A stretch of 32,000 nt of DNA from sequence record CM079450.1. One strand, written 5' to 3'. Under the pieces are notes generated by a model, which saw only the letters and a list, made by a program, of their open reading frames with translations, was not told the origin of the DNA and did no database searches. This document shows positions 1 through 8,515 of the stretch, one piece after another; position 1 is the first letter of the stretch, and each line of letters begins with the position of its first letter. Made by a program: the position numbers and the translations under genes.

Positions 1-334
1 GCCATAGGCATGAGAAGCTTTTATTATATGAAATATAAGTGCTTCTAGAAAGGACGGGTGAAATACACACTGCCTACAGTGTAGTTTTCTTTTCTTCTTT
101 TTATGAAATATACACTCCCAAATAATAATTTGGAGTGCAGTTCCCTTTGTTCTTCCTGGTGTTGCTTTCCCTTTTCTTTTTTTTATAAGCTTTGCTTATA
201 AGAAAGCTCCCCTAATATATTTTTAAGTATTATCCCTTCTTTTTCTCCCTAAAAGGGAGAAAAAAAGGGATGATGCTTATTTTTCTCCTTCGCACAAACT
301 AAAGGGAGAAAAAAAGGCATAATAATTTGGCCTC

Positions 335-510
335 CTGGTGTTGCTTTCTTCTTTCCTTTAGTTGGTGTTCTCGTCCCTTTAGTTTGTTTTTTCGGGAGAA
401 CACCAACTAAAGGAAAGAAGAAGAAAAAACAAACTAAAGGGACGAGAACACCAACTAAAGGAAAGAAGAAGAAAAAACAAACTAAAGGGAAAACCAAGAA
501 AGCTCCCCTA
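335..510. repeat. Composite palindromic SDR block built from pyrimidine modules CCTTTAGTTGGTGTTCTC and CCCTTTAGTTTGTTTTTT plus their purine complements
   Basis: The complementary halves can be read directly. Near-identical blocks occur at 1458-1612, 10374-10535, 10694-10852 and 25561-25705, with partial copies at 5285-5395, 16630-16760 and 19365-19445. The ORFs at 249..497 (-) and 10373..10597 (+) encode the same peptide because of this symmetry. Confidence 0.85.
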
Positions 511-1138
511 ATATATTTTTAAGGGGAGAAGGCATAATTATTTGTTTGTGCAGAGGGGAGAGCCTCTTTTCTCTAAAGCATATAACTTTTGTTTTAAAAA
601 AGAAAAACAAAAGTTATATGCTTTAGAGAAAAGAAAACAAAGGCCAGAATAAAGTATATTATGCTACGCATATTTTGTTTGTGCAGAAGAAAACAACACC
701 TAAAGTGGCAAAAGAAAAACAAAAGGCAATAAAGTATATAAACCTTCTTTCAGAAAAGCCCTTTTCCATCACCTTATATTCCATATAATAAGGGCGAAGC
801 CCTTAGAAGATGTTTATATATATTATATATATATTATATTAAATATAAGGCTTCTTTCCCCCTTATTGCCACAAATTTTTAAAAAAAGTCTAATAAGTGT
901 GTATATAAGCCTTGTTTCACTAGACTTTAGTGTATAAGTGACTTTGTTATGGCCTCTGCACAAAAGAAAAGTTCATACAATGCAAGTTTGCATTACATTT
1001 AATTGAATTTTTTATAAGTAGCGCTTTAAAAGGCGCAACTTGATTTTGACCAAAAAGAAAGTGGCGTGCAGTTCTATATGTAAAAACAATAGGTCACTGG
1101 GCTTTAACCAACTAAATGCACCTTTTTAGATTTCGTTT

Positions 1139-1172
1139 TTCTATAAAAATACTGGGTACTTCTATTATAGCA
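1139..1172 (-). promoter_or_regulatory. Orphan copy of the psbA -10 box and leader-start block (minus strand TATAAT at 1164-1169)
   Basis: Positions 1139-1172 (ttctataaaaatactgggtacttctattatagca) match 29 of 34 positions of 15391-15424, which lies just upstream of psbA. No ORF or RNA gene is visible downstream on the minus strand. Confidence 0.35.
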
Positions 1173-1457
1173 AAGTTTTAATCACGTCACACGTTTTTTT
1201 TTTTTACAGAAATCACCCCTCTTCTATTGCCTTAGCAAGAGAAAGCAAAGGCCGTAGGTGGTATATTATTATAGACACCACCGCCAGTGGTGTATAGGGG
1301 GAGAGTAAGGGGCAAAATCACCCCCTTCTCTTGTATAATGGGCTTGTAAACCATAAAAGAGAAGCCTTCCTCTTAAAAATATATTAGGGGGAAGGCAAGA
1401 AGGGGGGTCTTTTTTTAAAGCAATAGAAGGGAAAGTAAAGATAGGGGGCCTTTTTTT

Positions 1458-1612
1458 TGTTGCTTTCTTCTTTCCTTTAGTTGGTGTTCTCGTCCCTTTA
1501 GTTTGTTTTTTCTTCTTCTTTCCTTTAGTTGGTGTTCTCCCGAAAAAACAAACTAAAGGGACGAGAACACCAACTAAAGGAAAGAAGAAGAAAAAACAAA
1601 CTAAAGGGAAAA
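1458..1612. repeat. Register-shifted palindromic SDR block (A-B-s-A / B'-A'-s'-B')
   Basis: The left half ttctttcctttagttggtgttctcgtccctttagtttgttttttcttcttctttcctttagttggtgttctc is followed by cccg and then gaaaaaacaaactaaagggacgagaacaccaactaaaggaaagaagaagaaaaaacaaactaaaggg. Two alternative long hairpins are possible. Confidence 0.85.
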
Positions 1613-1726
1613 CCCAGAAAGCTCCCCTTTCTTTATAAAGGGGCCCCCCCAGGAGAAGGCATAATTATTTGGGGGGGAGGGGGGCCGATGAAAGCTCTCC
1701 TAAAAAAGGTAGCCTTTTACCATACG

Positions 1727-2815
1727 TCAGAGGGGGTTTTGGGGGTATCGCTTATAGAAAGAGGCCGCATCGTAAATAAATCCTATAGGAGCATGGCTAT
1801 ATATATATAAATCAATGCTAAGCCCAATACAATCTTTTACAGCCTCAATATCATCTTCTCCTTTCCTTTCACGAGCCTTAGATGCTAATGACTGTAGTTG
1901 CCCATTTCTATGGCTGCTTTTGAAACTCTTTTTTATTTTAAAAAAAAGGGTTACCATTATTTTTTAAGACAGCTAAAAGCGAAGCTTTTATAAGGGCGAA
2001 GCCCTTAGTGTGTAGGGTCTTGCCACACTTTAGAAAAGTGAAAGATGTGCTCTAAAGCAGATTCACCTTTTTTTAAATGGTAAAGCTGTTTTGTTATGGA
2101 AAGAGCAAAATGCTCGCGCTCACTGCCTCCTAAAAGCGGCGTTTTCTCCAGTAGAATCAATACCGCATAAAATCACTAAATAATCAAGGCACAAGTGCCA
2201 GGCTATGGTATTTTTGGTAAAAGGGATTTGTTCAATAAGAACAGCTATTCGACCATCAGCCAGGTTTTTTACACTTTCCTTCATACAAGCAAAAGGATAG
2301 TCTATACGATCTTTTAATTCTAATATATATTTTATAAATTTAGGGTGCAATTCATTACGCCTTTCAATATTTTTAAATACCTTCAAACAATTAGAGTCAG
2401 TACATGACTTAAACCCCTCCCATATGAAATATAGTATATGCTTTCCTAAAGGAAAGAAGCGCATAGTATATATAACCTCTTTTTTTTTGTAAACTAGAAA
2501 ATAATTTTTTTTTTTTAAAAAATCTAATTTGCCGCGCACACAAGCAATCAAGCATTTCTCACGGTGGTCTAAGTTGTATAAAGAGACAACGCTTGGATCG
2601 GAAGGGACCGGTTTACAATAGATAAAAATATAAAAACATAGTATGGTGCAATGCCATGAATGGCTCATTACGGGAAAATCTATACACCTTATAAAATTTT
2701 GAACATAATTTTTAAACTCAGCGCTGTGAACACCATGTTCCGCCACGCATGTCATGCCATTTATAGTATAGAAGCGCATAAAGGCCTTCCAGTTTTCGCA
2801 CAATAATTTTTGCAT
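1727..2815 (-). pseudogene. Possible decayed integrase-like (tyrosine recombinase-like) gene. It comprises ORF231, a frameshifted 43-codon continuation, an SDR insertion and a 76-codon terminal ORF.
   Basis: This is SDR-poor unique sequence. After the ORF231 stop (2120) another frame stays open (REHFALSITKQLYHLKKGESALEHIFHFSKVWQDPTH) until an SDR (taagggcttcgccctta, ~1985-2010). ORF 1727..1957 then ends with SSHRNGQLQSL...GEDDIEAVKDCIGLSIDLYIYSH, which resembles the H-x-x-R...G-x-D...LGHS...Y-x-H box II of tyrosine recombinases. ORF231 also contains LADGRIAVLIEQI, which is box I-like. The resemblance is at motif level only. Confidence 0.25.
2120..2815 (-). CDS. Hypothetical protein (free-standing ORF, 231 aa), possibly the N-terminal part of a degenerate gene
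   Basis: This is the longest ORF outside known genes and lies in non-repetitive sequence. It contains one SDR-derived segment (2441-2477, gctttcctaaaggaaagaagcgcatagt, also present at 29868-29895). I could not recognise a conserved family with confidence. Confidence 0.3.
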   Translation of the reverse strand: MQKLLCENWKAFMRFYTINGMTCVAEHGVHSAEFKNYVQNFIRCIDFPVMSHSWHCTILCFYIFIYCKPVPSDPSVVSLYNLDHREKCLIACVRGKLDFLKKKNYFLVYKKKEVIYTMRFFPLGKHILYFIWEGFKSCTDSNCLKVFKNIERRNELHPKFIKYILELKDRIDYPFACMKESVKNLADGRIAVLIEQIPFTKNTIAWHLCLDYLVILCGIDSTGENAAFRRQ

Positions 2816-3497
2816 AATAATTTTAAGGTGTGTGTTTTTTTAATTTTTTTTAATCAGCTTATATTCCATATAATATATATAAATATAGTGTTTCTGGCGC
2901 GTGTATAAATCGTGGAGCGGCTAGTTTCTTCAAAACTGTACATATATATGCCACGCGCCTTGATTTCTTTTTTTTTTTTCTTCCTTTTTTAAAAATGGCG
3001 TGCTGTGTATTGGCACCCAGCCAGTCACCAAATTATTATTTGTTTTAACGCTTCGCGTTATATGTGCGAAGCACATAGTGCAGAGAGGGGTGTTTATAGG
3101 CTTTATGCATATTTAAAAAAATAAGAAGATTTTTTAAATATGGGTGACCGTAAATCCTTCCAATAGTTATATCATACGAAATTTATTGGCTACGCAAATT
3201 GTATATATAAACCAATATTTCTGGTCATTAAAACTATAAACCAAAGGTGTTTTCCGCTCCAAAACCATTGATGCCGGCCCCCCCCCAGGGAAGTCTTAAA
3301 TAGGGGTAGGGAAGGGAGACCTCTTCTTTCCCCCTCTGCACTATGTGCTTCGCACATATAACTTCCCTAAAGGGAAGAAGCGTTAAAACAAAAATATAAT
3401 GCGCTTATAGACTAGATTATAGTTTTGTCAGTGAGTTCTCTTTACTTTTATTGAATTAAAAAGGGCGATGCTCTCCTTTACCTTTTTTTCTTCTTTT

Positions 3498-3528
<31 letters not shown>

Positions 3529-3688
3529 TCTATGACGTCACTAAAAGCATCCAACCTTTTCATCTTTCATTTTTGTTTGCTTTATTTTGTGGCTGCTACT
3601 TTTTATGGCTACTTCTTTTTGTTGGTGTATATAGAAGCTTTGCCTCCCCCTTTTCCGGATGGCAATGGGGCAAAGCACTGAAAATTAA

Positions 3689-3780
3689 CCCCCGGTCCAT
3701 CGGCGAAGCCGAAGCACTTTGTGCATGGAACCGGCCGGTTCCATGCACAAAGTGCTTCGGCTTCGCCGATGGACCGGGGG
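3689..3780. repeat. 92-bp perfect palindrome centred on CCGG|CCGG
   Basis: I checked the arms base by base. Positions 3689-3734 (cccccggtccatcggcgaagccgaagcactttgtgcatggaaccgg) are exactly the reverse complement of 3735-3780. Confidence 0.97.
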
Positions 3781-3920
3781 GGGGGTTTGTTCCTTCTTAA
3801 AGGAAAGCAGCCTTTCTTTTCTCCCTCCCCCTTAAAAATATATGAAAACACATACTTAAAAAATAAAATGGCTGATGGGTGCGGCATAATTATTTGGCAT
3901 ATAAAAAGTATGTGTTTTTT

Positions 3921-4072
3921 ATGGCTTTTTTATGATTTTCTGGCTTTTTTATTATTTTCTGGCTTTTTTCTGGCTTTTTTAGTATTTTATGGCATTTATG
4001 GGGAACCCATTGCCAGCCATAAAAAAGCCAGAAAAAAGCCAGAAAATAATAAAAAAGCCAGAAAAAAGCCAT
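3921..4072. repeat. Imperfect palindrome whose arms are arrays of GGCTTTTTT / AAAAAAGCC units around the core GGCATTTATGGGGAACCCATTGCC
   Basis: The left arm holds repeated (a/c)tggctttttt units and the right arm repeated aaaaaagcca(g/t) units. A sister copy at 5653-5810 carries the core in the opposite orientation. Confidence 0.75.
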
Positions 4073-4523
4073 AAATTTTTTTATTTTTTAAAAAAAAGTA
4101 AAAAAAAGGGGGGACCCCTTATCACCTGTGGTCATAATATATTACACGGGGTCCGGGGGGGAGCAATAGGAACAAAAGTATCAAATCCCTTTGCACCCCT
4201 TCTTAAAAATAAAAAAAAAGTTCTCTTCGCACAAACAAAAGGGGAAAAAAACAAAAGGGGGGCCCCTCCTTCAGTTCATCCCTGGTGTTGCTTTCCCCCC
4301 CCCCCTTAAAAATTAAAAAAAATATATGAAAACACATATTTTATTTAAAAAAGGGGGGGCTTTATTTTTTAAGTAAAGGCAGAAAAAAAGGGGAAAAAAT
4401 ATATTAGGGAAGAACTGAAGCCTAACCCACCAGCTTTATTTTTTAAGTAAAGTATAAGCAAAGCTTATATATAACCAGCAAGCAAAGCCTTATATACTTT
4501 GGAGCCCCTTCATAATAATAATG

Positions 4524-4586
4524 CCGGTCCTTTTGTTTGTGCGAAGAAAAAAAATAATGGGCGAAGCCTTAATTCCTCCGGACCGG
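4524..4586. repeat. 63-nt direct repeat, copy 1 (identical to 4972-5034)
   Basis: The sequence ccggtccttttgtttgtgcgaagaaaaaaaataatgggcgaagccttaattcctccggaccgg is identical at both sites. Confidence 0.9.
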
Positions 4587-4723
4587 TCCTTTATTTAAAA
4601 AATAATGCCATTAAGGCTTCGCCCATTATTTTTTAAATAAAGGACCGCATCATCCCGAAGGGATAATAACCAGCAAGCAAAGCCTTATATACACACCAGC
4701 CACATGCCCCCCTTATATAATTT

Positions 4724-4836
4724 ATATATAATTTATATATAATTTATATATAATTTATATATAATTTATATATAATTTATATATAATTTATATATAATTT
4801 ATATATAATTTATATATAATTTATATATAATTTATA
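4724..4836. repeat. Tandem repeat, 11-nt unit TATATAATTTA, about 10 copies
   Basis: The periodicity is perfect on direct reading. The array is flanked by inverted gccccccctta / taagggggggc arms. Confidence 0.95.
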
Positions 4837-4971
4837 AGGGGGGGCTTTTATTTTTTAAGTAAAGGGAAAGCCCCACCAGGGAAAGGATAAACTTTTTTGT
4901 AAGCCAAAAAAGGCTTATAAATTATATAAGCCTTGCACCAAATAATTATTTGGTGCTTATAAATTATAGGA

Positions 4972-5034
4972 CCGGTCCTTTTGTTTGTGCGAAGAAAAAA
5001 AATAATGGGCGAAGCCTTAATTCCTCCGGACCGG
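4972..5034. repeat. 63-nt direct repeat, copy 2 (identical to 4524-4586)
   Basis: The string is identical to copy 1. The two copies bracket the 11-nt tandem array. Confidence 0.9.
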
Positions 5035-5215
5035 CAAAAACACTTTTTTAAAAAAGAAGAAGGCAGGTTGCCTATATTTTATATGTGATTAAAAAACGTA
5101 CTAAAAAACCCCGCAAAAACGCTTTTTTAAAAAAGAAGAAGGCAGGTGGCGTATATTTTATATGTAATTAAAAAACGTACTAAAAAACCCCGCAAAAACA
5201 CTTTTTAAAAAAGGG
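5034..5215. repeat. Tandem repeat, 79-nt unit, about 2.2 copies
   Basis: The unit gcaaaaac(a/g)cttttttaaaaaagaagaaggcaggt(t/g)gc(c/g)tatattttatatgt(g/a)attaaaaaacgtactaaaaaaccccg starts at 5034, 5113 and 5192. Confidence 0.9.
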
Positions 5216-5652
5216 TACCTCCGTTTCAAGCGGTTGCTATTGCCTGTGTGCAATAAAAAAGTAACTTGTTTGCCAGGGGGGGAAGGTGTTGCTTCTTCCC
5301 TTTAGTTTGTTTTTTCTTCTTCTTTCCTTTAGTTGGTGCGAAAAAACAAACTAAAGGGACGAGAACACCAACTAAAGGAAAGAAGAAGAAAAAGAAGCAA
5401 AGCCACCCCTATATATATTACACGGGGATGGCTGCTTTATTAAATTGCTTAGCACCCCGCCCCCCCCCTGTGTATATATATTAGAGGGGGGGGTAATAAT
5501 AGGGGAAAAAAACAAAATATGTCATATATTTTTAAGGGGGGGGGGGGGAAATAATTATGCCTTCTTATATTGCCCACCCCTAAAAAATATATGGCTTTTT
5601 ATCCCCTCCCCCCCTGGCTCTGCACAAAAAAGAAGTTACTTTTTTTATTTTA

Positions 5653-5810
5653 TTGCTTTTTTATTATTGTCTGGCTTTTTTATTATGGTATGGCTTTTCT
5701 ATGATTTTCTGGCTTTTTTAGTATTTTATGGCTGGCAATGGGTTCCCCATAAATGCCATAAAAAAGCCATAAAAAAGCCATAAAAAAGCCAGAAAAAAGC
5801 AATAAAAAAG
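5653..5810. repeat. Sister copy of the GGCTTTTTT-array palindrome (core GGCAATGGGTTCCCCATAAATGCC)
   Basis: It has the same unit composition as 3921-4072, with the core inverted. Confidence 0.75.
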
Positions 5811-6663
5811 GGGGGGCTTTATTTTTTAAGTAAAGGGGGAAAAAAAGGGGAAAAAATATATTAGGCAAGAAGAGCAATTTTATTTTTAAGGGGGCAATGT
5901 AAAAGGGGAAGTGAGGCAGCAACAAAAGTTATATACACACTTATTAGACTTTTTTTAAAAATTTGTGGCAATAAGGGGTGGCTTATAACCAAAAGGGGAG
6001 GCAATTCTTTGTAAACTAGAACTTTTTTTATGTGTTTCTTTTTTATGCTTTTGCTGTAAACCAAGAAACTTCCTCTTCTCCCCTTTTAGTTTGTGCGAAG
6101 GAGAAAAAAAGGGGCAACTAAAAAGAAAAAAAGAGGAACGAACAAAGGGAGCTTATTATTTTTAAGGGAAGCCTTCTTTTTTTCTCTCTTTTTTTCTCCC
6201 CTTTAAGGAAAACCTTTTTTTATCCACCTAATAAAAAGGTGGGGGCTTTTAAGGCTTTCCCCTAATAAAAAGGTGGGGGCTTTTAACTGCCTCTCCTTTC
6301 TCACACAAGGCCCCCCTTTTTGTGCAGAAGCTGGGATCCCCCCCCCGAAAGCGGAAAAAGTTATATACACACCCCTTTTGTTTTATAAGGGGGAAAGAAG
6401 GGGTCCCCCCTTTTCCGCTATTTTTTGTAAACTAGAACTTTTTTATGGTTTATGCTTTTGCTGTAAACCAAGAAACTTCCTGTTCTGCCTTAAAAATCTA
6501 AAAATATAAAAATATATTAGGGGAGAAAACCGGCTTCGCCGTATATGGCTTTTTAAATAAATGTGGTGGGTAAGGCATTATGATTGGTTCTTTTTTTTAT
6601 ACACTTCTACGCGCTTCTTCCCTTTACTATTGCCGGGAAGCGTATATGTTTTTTATACACAGA

Positions 6664-6985
6664 GTTCTTTCTCCCTTTAGTTTGTGCGAAGGAGAAAAAA
6701 AAGGAGAAAAGCGCTTCTTTCCTTTACTTAAAAAAAAGAAGCCGGAAAGCGTATATGCTTGCCTCACCCCTTCGTTTGTGCAGAGGGACACAAACAAAAA
6801 AAGAAAAGGGAAGAAGCGCATAGTTTTTTCTCCCTTTAGTTTGTGCGAAGGAGAAAAAAAAGGAGAAAAGCGCTTCTTCCCTTTACTTAAAAAAAAGAAG
6901 CCGGCAAGCGTATATGCTTGCCTCACCCCTTCGTTTGTGCAGAGGGACACAAACAAAAAAAGAAAAGGGAAGAAGCGCATAGTTC
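6664..6985. repeat. Tandem duplication, 159-nt unit, 2 copies (~98% identical)
   Basis: ctccctttag occurs at 6671 and 6830, and the copies differ at only two or three positions. This explains the internally repeated peptide of the spurious ORF 6580..7041. Confidence 0.93.
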
Positions 6986-7437
6986 TTAAAAATAAAAAAA
7001 AAGGGGAGAAAAAAAAGGAGAAAAGCGCTTCTTTCCTTTAGGAAAGCGTATATGTTTTTTATACACTTCTCCCATATGAAATATAGTATATGTTTTTTAT
7101 TTTAATAATAAAAAAAGAACAAAGGCAGCTTATTCTTTTTAAAGGGGCAATAAAGTATATAACTTTTTTCCTGCCTCTCTCTTCTTTTTCTCCCCCCTAA
7201 AAGCACAAACCGCCAGAAGCAATATACGCCTTCTTTGCCCTTTCCTTCGTAGGGGGATAGGCTCTAATTTTATTTTTTTTTTTTTTTTGGAGCTCCATTC
7301 TTTTTCCCTCTACTATCCCTTTTGGTTTGTGCGAAGGGAAAGACCCACCGTAGGTGTTTTTCCCTTCACCTTTGGTTAGGGAAGGCCCCCCCCTAGAGGT
7401 TCACCATAGGTGAGCCTTTTTACTTAAAAAAAAGAAG

Positions 7438-7475
7438 CCGGTCCGGTAGGAACCGGCCGGTTCCTACCGGACCGG
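7438..7475. repeat. 38-bp perfect palindrome CCGGTCCGGTAGGAACCGG|CCGGTTCCTACCGGACCGG
   Basis: Verified base by base. Identical copies lie at 17104-17141 and 20183-20220. A variant lies at 10112-10147 and a shorter one at 20725-20750. Confidence 0.95.
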
Positions 7476-7510
7476 TCCTTGCACTTCTTCTTCGCACCAA
7501 CTAAAGGGAA

Positions 7511-7570
7511 GCATGGAACCGGCCGGTTCCATGCACCAAATAATTATTTGGTGCAAGGACCGGTCCTTGC
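7511..7570. repeat. Chain of three abutting perfect palindromes (24, 22 and 18 bp)
   Basis: The three are gcatggaaccggccggttccatgc (7511-7534), gcaccaaataattatttggtgc (7533-7554) and gcaaggaccggtccttgc (7553-7570). Neighbours overlap by 2 nt. Confidence 0.95.
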
Positions 7571-8029
7571 TAAAAGGGATAAAAAGAAGCAAAGCCACCC
7601 CTATATATATTACACGGGGTAAAAGGGGGGGGGGATTTGAGACTTTTGTTGCTGCCTAACAAAAGGTGGGCAATGAAGTATATAAGTGCCTTTCCTTTTT
7701 GTTCATTGCCTTCTTTTATGCTCCCTCCCTCCCCCTTAAAAATATATGACTTAAAAAAAAAGGGGGGGGCTTTTTAGTGAAGTAAAGGGGTCCCTCCAAA
7801 GCAGTTTTTATAAATTATATTATATATATATATATATTTATACAGTTCTAGTTTACAAAGCAGCCGCCCCCGTGTAATATACATTAATATACATAAGTAA
7901 TAATGTGTTAGAGCAAGATTAAAAGTTTTTTTATATGCCACTGAAAAAAAATCAAGTTATGTAAAAAAAAGCCCCCCACGTAAGAAAGTGTCTACACCAC
8001 AAAAAAAAACTACACCGGTCGGCGAGCTG

Positions 8030-8515
8030 CCGATAAGGGGTGGCTAAAAAAAAAAACAAAATATTTAAAAGGCGGGGGATTTTAGCCCCCCCTTTAAGCA
8101 AATATAGCAGCCATCCCCGTCTAATATATAAGGGGTGGCTAAAAAAAAAAACAAAAGATTTAAAAGGGGAGGGATTTTAGCCCCCCCTTCTCTTTTATTA
8201 TAAGGAAAACCTTTTTTTCTCCACCTAATAAAAAAGTGCAGGCTTTCCCCATATTTTAGCCCCCCCTTTTTTTGTGCAGAAGCAAATATAGCAGCCATCC
8301 CCGTCTAATATATAAGGGGTGGCTAAAAAAAAAAACAAAAGATGTAAAAGGGGAGGGATTTTAGCCCCCCCTTCTCTTTTATTATAAGGAAAACCTTTTT
8401 TTCTCCACCTAATAAAAAAGTGCAGGCTTTCCCCATATTTTAGCCCCCCCTTCTCTTTTATTATAAGGAAAACCTTTTTTTCTCCACCTAATAAAAAAGT
8501 GCAGGCTTTCCCCTT
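8030..8515. repeat. Nested tandem repeat: 184-nt period with an internal ~79-nt sub-repeat
   Basis: gcaaatatagcagccatccccgtctaatatataaggggtggct occurs at 8098 and 8282. attttagcccccccttctcttttattataaggaaaacc...gcaggctttcccc occurs at 8174, 8358 and 8437. Confidence 0.85.

Noticed and set aside
249-497. ORF 249..497 (-) and its look-alikes 1529..1810, 5266..5484, 10348..10650, 10373..10597, 16582..16833, 19347..19559, 25451..25697. They encode FPLVGVLVPLVCFFFFF / KKQTKGTRTPTKGKKK-type peptides.
   Set aside because: They lie entirely in the pyrimidine/purine palindromic SDR blocks. The same peptides appear on both strands because the DNA is self-complementary. Composition is extreme low complexity, and there are no start-context or conservation signals.
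6580-7041. ORF153 (+), overlapping ORF 6584..6823 (+) and antisense ORF 6627..6980 (-), all with internally repeated peptides.
   Set aside because: They are products of a 159-nt (in-frame) tandem duplication of SDR modules. ORFs of similar length on both strands argue against coding.
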